The position numbers and the translations under genes are program-made. From the IMG/VR virus record IMGVR_UViG_3300034122_002094: DNA of 64,000 bases. One strand, 5' to 3'. Source of the DNA: a virus. Shown piece after piece: positions 38,712-49,170 of this stretch. The notes beneath the pieces are model-generated. The model did no database searches, had not been told where the DNA came from, and saw nothing but the letters and a program-made list of their open reading frames with translations. How positions within the stretch are numbered: the first letter of the stretch is position 1; each line of letters opens with the position of its first letter.

Positions 38712-39541
38712 CAGCCTCCTGTCTTCTTGCGAAACTCGCCTTCGCGATTGAAGCCATACACTCTATATTTTTCATGCAGCAGGTTGGTGAGCGACGAACC
38801 GTAGCGATTGTCGAACTCTTGCTTCGCCATGTCGAGGTTGGTCACGATGATCGTGGCTCGATTCTCTGTTGTTCGCTTCTTGAGGAGGAGCTCGAACAGC
38901 GACAGCGCATTCTCAGTCAAGGACTCCTTGCCGAGCTCGTCGAGCACCAGCAGATCGCAGTTCTCGATATGCTCGATCTCCAGGCGCTCATAGAACGATA
39001 CGTCCTTTGAGAACAAGACCTTGTTCATCAGGATCTGGAGATCCTTTGCGTTGATGTAGTAGGTGTCATAGTTCTGACGTGTCGCCTCATACTGGATGAG
39101 GAGCGCGCTGAAGGTCTTCCCAGAGCCGTTGAAGCCGAAGAAGACAAAGCTGTGCCCAAACCCGAGGTGCTCATCGAGCGCAGCGAAGTAGGGCATCAGA
39201 ATGTGCTTTGTCGCCGACAGCTCTCGCTTCTCAAGCTTCTTGGCTGCGTGAGAGTATTGGTAGACCGTCTTCGGCAGGGGGCGCATCTCACCACTGAGCA
39301 AGCCCCAGGTGTAGGTCGATGGGATTCCCTGAGCGATATACTTTTTGCCGAGCTCAAGATAGACCGAGCGCTCGGCAGGGTTGGCCACCTTGAGCTTGAG
39401 CAGACGCTCATAATGCTCGTACTCTCGCTCGTGCTGGACCAGCAGCTTGTAGACAACCTCGTTGACACGCTTCAGCAGGAGTACGTCTCCTTGCTCTTCT
39501 TGCCTGTTATCTCCGGCGTCACGTCTTTGCGTCTCTGCCAT
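38708..39541 (-). CDS. DnaC/IstB-like AAA+ helicase loader
   Basis: Motifs GFNGSGKT, DLLVLDELGKE and TIIVTN; directly upstream of the helicase. Confidence 0.88.
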   Translation of the reverse strand: MAETQRRDAGDNRQEEQGDVLLLKRVNEVVYKLLVQHEREYEHYERLLKLKVANPAERSVYLELGKKYIAQGIPSTYTWGLLSGEMRPLPKTVYQYSHAAKKLEKRELSATKHILMPYFAALDEHLGFGHSFVFFGFNGSGKTFSALLIQYEATRQNYDTYYINAKDLQILMNKVLFSKDVSFYERLEIEHIENCDLLVLDELGKESLTENALSLFELLLKKRTTENRATIIVTNLDMAKQEFDNRYGSSLTNLLHEKYRVYGFNREGEFRKKTGGW

Positions 39542-39831
39542 TTTCTCATCCTGTCTGCGTTCTCAAGATACCCTAGCCAGTTATCAGAGCACGCCTCGCT
39601 CCACCTGCCAAACGCCTGAGCGCTGGTCTCGCAGTATTCGATGAAGGCGGCCAGAGACCCGTCAGGATCTCGATCAGTGTCGTACCCGCCGATCACAAAA
39701 AACGCAACGAGAATTTTGGACGCGCGCGTCTTCTTCCCGGTGAGGTTGAGCGGCTGCTTGATGGCCTCCCAGCAGCAGCGCTCGATCGCCTCGTACACGA
39801 TCTCCTTCTGCTCACTCTTGATCTTGCTCAT
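39472..39831 (-). CDS. Hypothetical protein
   Basis: 119-aa ORF overlapping the loader start. Confidence 0.55.
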   Translation of the reverse strand: MSKIKSEQKEIVYEAIERCCWEAIKQPLNLTGKKTRASKILVAFFVIGGYDTDRDPDGSLAAFIEYCETSAQAFGRWSEACSDNWLGYLENADRMRKWQRRKDVTPEITGKKSKETYSC

Positions 39832-39834
39832 GGA

Positions 39835-40143
39835 TCAGTCCTCAAACACTGAGTCGCCTGGATCTGCCTGGATGATACGCGGCTGGTTCATCGCCTTGTT
39901 GATCGCCTCGTCGTTGGCGGCCTGCTCAGCCTTGACGCGCTCACACGCGCAGGCGATGTTGTTGCCGCAGATGATCAGCGTGGCTGTCTTCTCGCCCTGA
40001 TCCTGCCAGTTGTCAAGCACTCCTTGACAGACCTTGTAGCCCTTGCTGGCATAGGCGTCCCCGAGCAGGTTGATGATCTCCTCCTCGTTGAGGATCTGTC
40101 TGATTGGATCTTTGAAATCGATCTTTGGCTTCTCTTCACTCAT
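39835..40143 (-). CDS. Hypothetical protein
   Basis: 102-aa coupled ORF. Confidence 0.6.
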   Translation of the reverse strand: MSEEKPKIDFKDPIRQILNEEEIINLLGDAYASKGYKVCQGVLDNWQDQGEKTATLIICGNNIACACERVKAEQAANDEAINKAMNQPRIIQADPGDSVFED

Positions 40144-41705
40144 ATTGAGTAGTCTCCATTTGATGCAACGCTTGGCTGCAACATGATGATCTGATGGCCT
40201 TCTTGCTCGTAGCGCTCACGTCTCAAGCGGCCATGCTTTCGGAACATTGGGTGGTGGACCACGCCCTTGGGGGCTCGGCCAACGTGACCGCTGTCAAGCA
40301 TATCATAGAACGCGACGTGACGCACGTCACTTTTCACAACATCTTGACCCTCGCTCTTTGGCTTGCGGAGGACGCGCCCGAGCGCCTGCACGATGTACCT
40401 GCCGGAGCGGCCACCACCCAGGTTCACGCCCGTTGAGACGACAAAGTTCAAGCCTTCCGTCAAGACAGTGCCGATGAGGATCTTGGTCGTGCCCTGCTTG
40501 AAGTTTTCGATCGCCTCTGACCTCTTGCTGCCCTCGGTGGTGCCGTTGATGTAGGCGACCTGGTCTTTGTGGACGCCCATATCAATCAGCATGTCTCTGA
40601 CGATCAGGCCGTGGGCCACGCGCTTGACGAAGATGATGACGTTCTCGCCCTTGTGGTAAGCCTCAAGCGCGATCTGACACCCCATGCGGTTGCGGGCCTC
40701 GCCATTGACGAGGTGCAGCTCGGTCTCAAGCCCATAGTCCGTGGTGAAGTCTGTGACGATGATCTCGTTCTGGATGAGCTTGATGACCGGGCGGGAGAGC
40801 CAGCCCTGCTCGATGAGATGCTTCATCTTGAGCTCATAGATCACAGGACCGATGTTCGCTTTGATGAGGATCGTATTGGAGGCCAGATCTTCATCGCCGT
40901 CGTAAGAGGATCCCTCTGGCGTAGCAGTGAAGCCAAAGCGATATGTCGCGTTTGGCAGCGATGAGAAGATCTTGTCATACCCATCACTTGTCGCGTGATG
41001 GCACTCGTCAACGATAATGCAGCCGATCGTCTTGGCCCACTTGCTCATGGGTGCATTGTCGCCAGCGATGCGGTTGACAAGCGTCTGTCGCAGACACACG
41101 ACAAACTGACACTCGGTCTCTTTGGCGGGTGTGCCTGTCCAGAGGCGCCCGGTGGAGACACCTGTGGCCTCTTCGATCTCGCGCTTGAGCTGCTTGGCGA
41201 GATCCTCTGAGTCTACCACGATCAGGGTCTTGAGGTTGAGCGCGGCTGCGACGCCAGCCAGCACGACGGACTTACCACCACCCGTAGGAATGGCGATGAC
41301 GCCACGGCCCTGCTCGATCGCAGTGAAGATCGCGTCATACTGGTAATCGCGCGGCACGAACGGGATCGCCTCAAGCCTCTTGGCTGCCGCATCAACGTCC
41401 AGAGGAGGATGAGGCACGAGGTTGTCGATCTCATACTCGTAGTTGGCCAGCCGTGGGTCTGTGTTCAGGACCTCGACGGCCTGGCTGAGCAGACCAGTCT
41501 TGAAGCTGCCTGTGCCATGCACCAGCGACTGGCGATCAGGTGGTGGAGCGAAGCCCTTTGCCTTGGCCATCTGGCGCGCGAAGACGCGACCCTTCTTCGG
41601 AGTCTCGTAGCTCAGCACCTCCGAGAGCACCTCTTTGAGCGTGCTGTCCCAGGGCCTGATCTTCGTCCTGGACGGATCGACATGCAGTGTAATCTTCTTT
41701 TTCAT
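40140..41705 (-). CDS. Superfamily 2 helicase (UvsW/XPB-like)
   Basis: Motifs PRDYQ, PTGGGKS, DECHH, TATP and QALGRVLR. Confidence 0.92.
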   Translation of the reverse strand: MKKKITLHVDPSRTKIRPWDSTLKEVLSEVLSYETPKKGRVFARQMAKAKGFAPPPDRQSLVHGTGSFKTGLLSQAVEVLNTDPRLANYEYEIDNLVPHPPLDVDAAAKRLEAIPFVPRDYQYDAIFTAIEQGRGVIAIPTGGGKSVVLAGVAAALNLKTLIVVDSEDLAKQLKREIEEATGVSTGRLWTGTPAKETECQFVVCLRQTLVNRIAGDNAPMSKWAKTIGCIIVDECHHATSDGYDKIFSSLPNATYRFGFTATPEGSSYDGDEDLASNTILIKANIGPVIYELKMKHLIEQGWLSRPVIKLIQNEIIVTDFTTDYGLETELHLVNGEARNRMGCQIALEAYHKGENVIIFVKRVAHGLIVRDMLIDMGVHKDQVAYINGTTEGSKRSEAIENFKQGTTKILIGTVLTEGLNFVVSTGVNLGGGRSGRYIVQALGRVLRKPKSEGQDVVKSDVRHVAFYDMLDSGHVGRAPKGVVHHPMFRKHGRLRRERYEQEGHQIIMLQPSVASNGDYSI

Positions 41706-44700
41706 TCAATCTCCAGGGCCATGAGCTTGAGCTCGTTTCGCTCGTTCTCCTGTGAACGTAGACCCATAACAACGCATGGAAGTTCTGTTATTCCAAGCTC
41801 TGCACATGTGAATGGGATGCGATCTCCCACTTGCGCGTCACGCTCATCACCAAAGCGCTTGACCTCAATCTCATACTGACGGCGCTTCGAGCAGAATACC
41901 TTCACGATGCGGCTGGTGACATCGCGCGCTGTGCGCTGGTCCAGCACCCAGTCTGCGTCGACGATCAGAGGCTCCTTACCCTGGAAGGCGCGACTCGTGC
42001 GGGCGAGCTGGGCGTTGTTGGCTGAGTGCTTGTGGATCGTCTTGCTGAGCTTGTCGTTGACGCGGTTCAGCGCAAAATTGTACACCACCTCAGTGTAGTT
42101 TGGACGGTAGCCGTCCTCGATCTCCTTGGGTTCGCCGAGCAGATTGTAGTTGTCGGAGATTTTTTTGGTCCATTCGATCCTGTCGGTGTCGATACGATGG
42201 AACGTGATCTTGCCATCCTTGAAAGATCTGAAGAGGCAGAACTGCTTGCAGATCTTCTCAAGGAACTCCTCGATCTTCATCGGCTGATCGATCAGGATGC
42301 TCGCTCGATAGAACGAGGTCGAGGCCTTGACAAATGCGATCGAGTCAAGGTCCAGGATCGACAGATTGTACGGATAGCGCCCATACTGCGCGAAGTAGTG
42401 GATCACCACGTCGAGAGGGTGCTCGATCATGCGACCAACCTCTCCCGTAATCAGTCCATTGCTGTCCGTGTAGCCCGAGAAAGAGCCGTAGAGAGGCGTT
42501 GTGCCAAAGCCGTTGCGTACAGGGTAGCGCTTGTCTGCTACGCCTGCTGTGGGCTCCCATAGAGCGCCCTGGAGCCTGATCCCATAATAGGTCCGGTTGT
42601 CCAATGAGACCGCCTCCTCCAGGGCATGATACGGTGTCTGGATCTGACCTCTGAAGGTTGGCTGGCCGTTGAACAGCTCAACGTGCCCATCCTCAAAGTT
42701 CGGGAACGGGTTCTTGGCGATCTTGCCGTACAAGCCTCCTCTCGTTCTCTGAAACTCCTGCTCATCAGACTTCACGCCGTCGCTGTTGTCCTCGAAGTGC
42801 TCAATGACGATGTCCTGCGCGCTTCTCACCGCACATGGGTGCGAAGCATAGATGTAGAGATCGTCTCCCGCTGTGGTCTTGTCCTCCATCAGGGTCTTCT
42901 TCGAGATCACCTGCATCAGCGGCGCGCGCCAGATGTTGCCGTAGCAAATCGGGAAGTAGCGGCCAAGATCGTCAGAGTTCTCGGGCACAGGATCATAGAT
43001 GATGCGATAACGGTTCTGGAGGAAGAACCGCTCAGCGTCACGGCGTCTGTGATCGCGGTTAATGAAGAACTCTGGTGACTCTTGATCTGATGCAGAGTCA
43101 AAAGACGGCTTATATGTCATGTAGTTAGAATACTGCTTGTATTGCGATTTGGTGATTGCAATACGATATGGGCTTGAAGCCTCAGCCTCAGTCGTCGAGT
43201 CATACTTCGGGCTGTCGCTCAGGACTGTGAGGGACGACTCACCTGGCACGAAGAATGTCAAGCGCTCGATGACGCGGTCATAATCGTCAGCAGGCTCCAC
43301 CACGATCTCAGAGGACTGGATCACTGCGAAGCGAGAAGTTGCGTTGTTGACGATTGCAGCGTTCTCCTGGCTTGCCGAAGAAGTGTCCCCTCCGCGACTG
43401 GCGCGCGTGATGTCGACGGCGAGCTGCTGGTAGTCCTTGATCATGTCAAGTCTCAGCCCTCTGAGACGGTTCTTGAGCTGGTCTCGCAAGGAGGAGCTCG
43501 CGATCAAAGCCTGTCGAGTCGACTCATCGAGGTTGTCGACGAACACATCCATCTGACCCACCATCCATTGGAACGTGAAGATCTCAACAGGGTGCTCTCT
43601 GAACTTCGACATGAGGTCGAACGGCTTGAGGTTTGTATTCGTCCGATCACTGATCGTGAAGTCTGGCAGGCTACCAGAGGTCTCGGGTGGGCCTGCAAAA
43701 GAGAAGGGCTGGTTGTAGTCGAAGAAGCGATCCTGGATGGACAGCCGCGCCACCGCGACAGTCTGTACAAGAGGAGGCGTGGACGGGTCGTTGGGATCAG
43801 GGGTAAAGGTGCCCTTGAAGACTGGGTTGGACAGATCACCGACGTTGAAAGCATCAACGACCTCAACGTAGTCTTCGATCTTGAATCGAGTGAACAGCTT
43901 GTAGAAGAGCGGATCGAGGAATGTGATCTCGGTCCCGTCCTCAAGAATCTGGGTGCGCATCGGCAGCTTCTGACCGAGGTACATGAAGCCCGCCCCGAAC
44001 TCCGGGTCCTCTGGATCTGGAGTGAAGCCGTTAGCCTTGACGTACAAGGTGTCAACGGTGTCCGTAGGCGCGTTCGGCTGCGTCTCGCTGATGCGACATG
44101 GCGCAACGCTCTCGCCGATGCCGTGGGGCCTCTTCAGAGCGTATGGCGTCGTGTCAATGGCCGCTGACAGTGGGTTGGCGAGCGCTGGGATCGCGTTCAG
44201 GATTGGGATCCCCGAGAGGTAGTGGCTGGTCTCAATCTGCCAGCAATGGCGATCTGGCGTTGGGCTCAAGCTGTAAAAGAAGCGGCCCTTCCCTGAGACG
44301 GAGTAAGCCACAACCTCAGCGTTCTCGGTCAGGCATGGATCGCCCACCTGAGCATAGGCATAGTCCGACAGGCCTTGCACAAGACGCTCCTGCCCTGTTG
44401 TCGTCTCGACCAGATCCAGCAGCACGTCGCCCGTCGCTGGCGTGTAGCTGGCTTCAGCGATCAGGCTAAAGGGTCCTCGGCCCTCGTTGGCGCTATCTAC
44501 ATAGTAGTGTGTCACACCGTTTGTGGTGATCTTCTGATTCGTCAAGAAGTTCCAGTGATCACTTGTGTAGTTTTGGAAGAGGTATTCGCTGGTCTGATCG
44601 GTCTCTGGAAGCTCATAGAGATAGACCTGGTTGTTGACCGCATTGAAGTCAAAATCAGACTCGATGATTGTGTTTCGATACGGATGCGTCACCTTGATGC

Positions 44701-45376
44701 GAGCCACTCCTTTGCCACCATTGGCATAGGCGTTCGGGTCAAGAGAGTCGTAGTTTGGCGGATTGTCCAGCGGCGATCCGAAGCCGACAACAGGCGCGAT
44801 CGCCCCGTTGTAGTTCTGGTTGCCCGCGATCGCGGCCTTTCGGAACGCGGCATGGTAGATCTGCCACTTGACATCGGGGCCTCTATCAAAGGAAGCGGAC
44901 ATCCTGACAGATCTTGGCGTCAATGCCTTGACATACTGGAAGCTTGATGCAGTGAAGAACCGCATGAAGTCCTGCTGGAGCAGATCCTCTGGCAGGCGGA
45001 TGTCAGCGGTTGCGACACCGTCGCTCCACTTCACATCGCTGATGACTGCGTCGAAGCGGTACAGCGGCTGGTTGTTCACGAGAGCGTAGACATTGACGAG
45101 CACCTGTCCTGTCGTGGTCTGCTGAGCAAAGTCCTGGAACAGCTTCTCAGGATCGGAGATCTGGACTGCGGCAGATGGGATCGGAGGGGCCGCCTCAAAG
45201 CCGATCTCGAACATCATGGGATCGAAGGCGATGACGCGAGGCTCGTAAGAGAGCTGGATCAGATCTCCCGAGATGTCTTCCAGGATCTGCGCTCGGCGTG
45301 TGGCGATCCTCACAGCGTTGTAGCCATTGTCAAACTTGAATGCGTATGTGATGATGTCTCTTGTCATGTTTGTCAT
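41702..45376 (-). CDS. Tail tip/baseplate hub-like protein
   Basis: 1224 aa, downstream of the tape measure gene. PICYG, LEKICKQF..DGKI and QVGDRI segments are typical of hub proteins. Confidence 0.6.
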   Translation of the reverse strand: MTNMTRDIITYAFKFDNGYNAVRIATRRAQILEDISGDLIQLSYEPRVIAFDPMMFEIGFEAAPPIPSAAVQISDPEKLFQDFAQQTTTGQVLVNVYALVNNQPLYRFDAVISDVKWSDGVATADIRLPEDLLQQDFMRFFTASSFQYVKALTPRSVRMSASFDRGPDVKWQIYHAAFRKAAIAGNQNYNGAIAPVVGFGSPLDNPPNYDSLDPNAYANGGKGVARIKVTHPYRNTIIESDFDFNAVNNQVYLYELPETDQTSEYLFQNYTSDHWNFLTNQKITTNGVTHYYVDSANEGRGPFSLIAEASYTPATGDVLLDLVETTTGQERLVQGLSDYAYAQVGDPCLTENAEVVAYSVSGKGRFFYSLSPTPDRHCWQIETSHYLSGIPILNAIPALANPLSAAIDTTPYALKRPHGIGESVAPCRISETQPNAPTDTVDTLYVKANGFTPDPEDPEFGAGFMYLGQKLPMRTQILEDGTEITFLDPLFYKLFTRFKIEDYVEVVDAFNVGDLSNPVFKGTFTPDPNDPSTPPLVQTVAVARLSIQDRFFDYNQPFSFAGPPETSGSLPDFTISDRTNTNLKPFDLMSKFREHPVEIFTFQWMVGQMDVFVDNLDESTRQALIASSSLRDQLKNRLRGLRLDMIKDYQQLAVDITRASRGGDTSSASQENAAIVNNATSRFAVIQSSEIVVEPADDYDRVIERLTFFVPGESSLTVLSDSPKYDSTTEAEASSPYRIAITKSQYKQYSNYMTYKPSFDSASDQESPEFFINRDHRRRDAERFFLQNRYRIIYDPVPENSDDLGRYFPICYGNIWRAPLMQVISKKTLMEDKTTAGDDLYIYASHPCAVRSAQDIVIEHFEDNSDGVKSDEQEFQRTRGGLYGKIAKNPFPNFEDGHVELFNGQPTFRGQIQTPYHALEEAVSLDNRTYYGIRLQGALWEPTAGVADKRYPVRNGFGTTPLYGSFSGYTDSNGLITGEVGRMIEHPLDVVIHYFAQYGRYPYNLSILDLDSIAFVKASTSFYRASILIDQPMKIEEFLEKICKQFCLFRSFKDGKITFHRIDTDRIEWTKKISDNYNLLGEPKEIEDGYRPNYTEVVYNFALNRVNDKLSKTIHKHSANNAQLARTSRAFQGKEPLIVDADWVLDQRTARDVTSRIVKVFCSKRRQYEIEVKRFGDERDAQVGDRIPFTCAELGITELPCVVMGLRSQENERNELKLMALEIE

Positions 45377-48300
45377 GGCGTCACCGTGATGAGGATAGAT
45401 CTTGTCTCGATATAATTTTCGCCGAAGTCAACCGTTGCGACGACCCTGTAACGACCTGGGTTCGTCCAGGTGTGGATCACTGAAGAGCCAGAACCCGTTG
45501 AACCGTCGCCAAAGTCCCAGGCGATCGTTGAGGTGTTCGTCGTGATCACGTTGATCGACAAAGTGTAGCTCTCACCGACCTCAAACAGCTCGGAGGGTGC
45601 TGACAGTTCGATGTAAGCCTGATCCGGCTCCAGTGGCAGCCGCTGGAGCTGATAGTCTTGAGAGGTGAACGTGAGGCGCCCCGTCTTGTCATACGCGATG
45701 CTTGAGATGTCGAGCTCGGTGAGCTGGCCAAAGCTCGTGTAGTCTTGCTCTGAGTCTTGATAGACCAGCGCAGTATAGACAGACCGCTGCTTGAGATCTG
45801 CAAGCGCAGACAGCGTTCTATGGATAGAGGTCGTCGGCAGGTACATGTCGAACGAAGTCTTGTACTGGAGCGGCTTGTCGCTGACAGACCTTGTGTGAGA
45901 GAAGTTGTTCGCAGAGGTCACGATCTTTGATGAAGAGTCGATCGCCTCTGACAGTCCCATAGCTGTTTGGCTGATCTCCAGAAAATCGCCAAAGACCACG
46001 CTGCCGATCGTCACGAGCTGCAAGCCTGTGTCGTCAGGCGCCTCCATCACGAGGCCGATGTGTGGAGCTCGCGCGCGGCCAACCTCGTCTGGGACCGAGA
46101 ATGTGAAGCTGTGATAGGTCAGCGCGATCGTCTCGTTGGCCAGAAGAACTGGCGAGTAATCGAGAACGATGACGTCATCAAAGTTGTCGATCACTCGATA
46201 TTGCGGTGTCCTGAACGCGCCAGTATCGGTGTTGTAGACGTAGGCATACTGGTTGAGTAGGCGATGCGTCTCCAGTGGCAGCTCCTGCACCGTCAGGATC
46301 GCGCCATCCTGCTCCGCGATGATGAGCGGCATGAATGGGGCCTGCATGACCTGGCTCGCCACGATGCTGGAGAAGGTGTTCGTTGTCGTGTCAAAAGTCC
46401 CGGCTGCGATGGAGAACTTGGTGACGCCCACGACGTTGCTCAAGCCGATGGCGTTGAAGCTCTGTCGCCTTGTGTTCTCAAAGACATAGAACGGCGGGTT
46501 CAAGCTGTCGTAGAGAGGCGTCACGTCGTGGACAAGGTTGGAGATTGGCACCAGCAGGTTGGACGCAATGTTGTTGGCGCTCACCCGATCATACGAGAAG
46601 TCAGCGGGTGCGCGCTCAGTGATCAAGCCACCGTAGAAGCTCAGCGCGACTCCATCTGGCAGCTCGATCTTGTTTGAATAGGCCCTCAGTGGTCTTGACG
46701 GCAGCTTGGTCTCATCAAGCACCTGACCCAGTGGCTCCTCCGGCGCGTCAGCCAGTTCAGCAGAGCGCATGAATGGACGATAGCCCTGCCCCAGCGAGGA
46801 GAGCCGAACGTCTGCCACCGTGGCAGTATGACCTGTGCCGTGAATGTCATAGCTGACCACGCCCACAGCGAACTGCGTCGACGCTGGTGAGCTGGAGCTG
46901 ATCGTGTCGACCACCCACGGCCCGACCCAGGTACGGTCGCCCTCCGCTCTCACAAAGACCCACGCTCCGTATGTCTGTGAGCTATTGCTCAAACGGCCAA
47001 ACCCATTGTAGATCAAGAACTCGACCATGCCCTCTGGCACCACAAAGCTGCCAGTCGAGGTCAAAGTGGTCCCTGCTGAGTCCGTGAAAGACAGGTCTCT
47101 GGTAGAGGTGAGTGACAGCCTCAGCGAGATACCAGCGCTCTCGCCAAGCAGGTGCAGCCGCCAAAACTCAAGCAATCCGCTCGGTGTGGTGAGCTCCAGC
47201 TTGATCCTTGACTTGAACGAGAAGAAATCGTCTCTATTGAGAACAATACGCTCTGGCACAGACAGCAGCACTTCTACCGACTCAAAATAGCCAGTGTCAC
47301 CGTCAACCGAGGTGTCGAACTCGTAGCCTTCTCCAGTGAGCGTCGTGTCCATCGATCCTGTCGATGTTACATCGAGTCCTCCCAGCGTTGGATCGCCCGC
47401 ATAGTGCGTCCATGACATCTCGTACCCATAGTCCTCACCGAGCGCAGACTGAGCGCCATGCACAATGAAACACGGAACCTGTTCCTCGAACAAAGGGAAG
47501 TCGGGGTCGGCGAAACGCACCGTCGACCACACCTCATGGTTGTGCATTGCCAAGGCAGGGTCTTCAAGGTTCAACAGGTTGCTTGTGCTGCGATAGTCTC
47601 CGGCATGATAGACGCCTGACTGCGCTGCGTCGAAGGCATCGCAGACAAAAGAGAAGTCAGCGTGGACAGACGAACCGTAGGCCATGATCTTGTCATGGAA
47701 ACCCTTTGGGAGCTGCTGAACTGGCGTCATCTGGAAGCGCGTAAACACACTCTCTGAGCTCCTCAAGCCATCACGATTCGTGGACTGGCCAGTCATCATG
47801 ATGAAGCTCTCAGTGCCATTTGTGCAGACAGCCAGATCATAGATCCAGAAGTTGTAGTCGCGATCCGTATCACCTGGGTCGGTGACCGCAGGCACATCGT
47901 ATGGATCTTCGCTCACCTGGTATCCCATCGTCGTGGCGTCGAGGTTCAGGGCGATGCAAGCGGACCATGTGTTCGGATCCTCGGGGGAGGCGCAGATACC
48001 GATCAGCCTGTTGTTGCCAGAAGAAGCTGGCGGCAGATCGGCATCACCGATCAGGAAGGTCGGATCTCCTCCCTTGAGGATGATGAACTGGCCCATGATC
48101 TGGTCAAAGTAGAGATCAAAGTTGACCGTGGCGCGCAAAAAGTCATCCTCGTCGACGCCATCTGATGCCATGAAAAACATCGCTGAGAAGTTTGCGTCAG
48201 ATCTCTTTGCGTAGATAGATCCCTGGCTTTCAACGATAAATGGCCTGTGATCATTCGATGCAGACTCGAAAAGGAAGCCATCGTTGTAGGAGATGTACAC

Positions 48301-49170
48301 GCGAGCGTCACGAACGCGATACAGGTTCGAGAGACCATCGCGGGTCACAGGTGCCACGCCGTAGCTCACAAGCATGATCGTATCGCCCGAGCTGGCCAGA
48401 CGCAGCCGGTAGGAGGCGTAGTTGCCCTGTGGATCTGGGTGGTTTGGCAACTGGATCTTTGCGATCATCTCAAATGTCAAGCCATTGTCGTCTGATCGCC
48501 AGACAAGCAGCCTGTTCTCACTGGTGCTCGCCTCAACCGATCTGTAAGCCAGATACAGACGGCCCTCATGCACGCACATGGCTGGACTGCCAACCTCGTT
48601 GTCAAAGTTCCTGGTCGAGATCGGCTCGTCATCAAAGCGGCGAACGAGCTCAAGATTCCCGGCGTCGTTGCGACGATAGATTACCGCGTGGGAAGACACG
48701 CCCTGAGAGCCAGCGGTGACCCTCTCGCCGCTCATATAGATCCTGCCATTGAAGCTCTGGATGCGCGGGCTGATCAGGCCGATCGTGGAGCTCGCATCAC
48801 CAGTATCCGCCATCTTGAGCGCGACATACTCCTTGACTGCGTAGCTGTGCTGGCCGATCAAGTGGCCATTGCCATCTGGCGGCGTGGAGTCAAAGCTGTG
48901 GTAAAGCTCAAACGGCTCCAGAAGATCCGATGGTGTGATGCCAGACTGTGGCGGGCGTGTGATGGTGCGGCCAGAGTTCCCTCCCACCGGCCCAGACAGA
49001 ACAACCGTATGCAGGTGCGTCTGGCTGCTATTAAGCGACAGCCCCTGCCTTGTGACCTCGATCTGATAGCCAGGATCGACAGACGTGACCATGCTGCGCT
49101 TGCCACCCGTCACCAGGTTGGCGTAGAGTAGCGAGAAGGAGATCGGGTTAATCAGTGCTGTTCTGGCCAT
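45373..49170 (-). CDS. Large tail protein with Asp-box repeats and C-terminal PKD domain
   Basis: Asp-boxes SDDNGLTF and SYNDGFLF; PKD motif WDFGDGSTGSG..V.HTW..PGRY.V. Confidence 0.7.
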   Translation of the reverse strand: MARTALINPISFSLLYANLVTGGKRSMVTSVDPGYQIEVTRQGLSLNSSQTHLHTVVLSGPVGGNSGRTITRPPQSGITPSDLLEPFELYHSFDSTPPDGNGHLIGQHSYAVKEYVALKMADTGDASSTIGLISPRIQSFNGRIYMSGERVTAGSQGVSSHAVIYRRNDAGNLELVRRFDDEPISTRNFDNEVGSPAMCVHEGRLYLAYRSVEASTSENRLLVWRSDDNGLTFEMIAKIQLPNHPDPQGNYASYRLRLASSGDTIMLVSYGVAPVTRDGLSNLYRVRDARVYISYNDGFLFESASNDHRPFIVESQGSIYAKRSDANFSAMFFMASDGVDEDDFLRATVNFDLYFDQIMGQFIILKGGDPTFLIGDADLPPASSGNNRLIGICASPEDPNTWSACIALNLDATTMGYQVSEDPYDVPAVTDPGDTDRDYNFWIYDLAVCTNGTESFIMMTGQSTNRDGLRSSESVFTRFQMTPVQQLPKGFHDKIMAYGSSVHADFSFVCDAFDAAQSGVYHAGDYRSTSNLLNLEDPALAMHNHEVWSTVRFADPDFPLFEEQVPCFIVHGAQSALGEDYGYEMSWTHYAGDPTLGGLDVTSTGSMDTTLTGEGYEFDTSVDGDTGYFESVEVLLSVPERIVLNRDDFFSFKSRIKLELTTPSGLLEFWRLHLLGESAGISLRLSLTSTRDLSFTDSAGTTLTSTGSFVVPEGMVEFLIYNGFGRLSNSSQTYGAWVFVRAEGDRTWVGPWVVDTISSSSPASTQFAVGVVSYDIHGTGHTATVADVRLSSLGQGYRPFMRSAELADAPEEPLGQVLDETKLPSRPLRAYSNKIELPDGVALSFYGGLITERAPADFSYDRVSANNIASNLLVPISNLVHDVTPLYDSLNPPFYVFENTRRQSFNAIGLSNVVGVTKFSIAAGTFDTTTNTFSSIVASQVMQAPFMPLIIAEQDGAILTVQELPLETHRLLNQYAYVYNTDTGAFRTPQYRVIDNFDDVIVLDYSPVLLANETIALTYHSFTFSVPDEVGRARAPHIGLVMEAPDDTGLQLVTIGSVVFGDFLEISQTAMGLSEAIDSSSKIVTSANNFSHTRSVSDKPLQYKTSFDMYLPTTSIHRTLSALADLKQRSVYTALVYQDSEQDYTSFGQLTELDISSIAYDKTGRLTFTSQDYQLQRLPLEPDQAYIELSAPSELFEVGESYTLSINVITTNTSTIAWDFGDGSTGSGSSVIHTWTNPGRYRVVATVDFGENYIETRSILITVTP

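Noticed and set aside
38708-39541. IS21 element suggested by the IstB-like ATPase
   Set aside because: There is no IstA transposase or terminal repeat, and the position next to DnaB indicates a helicase loader.
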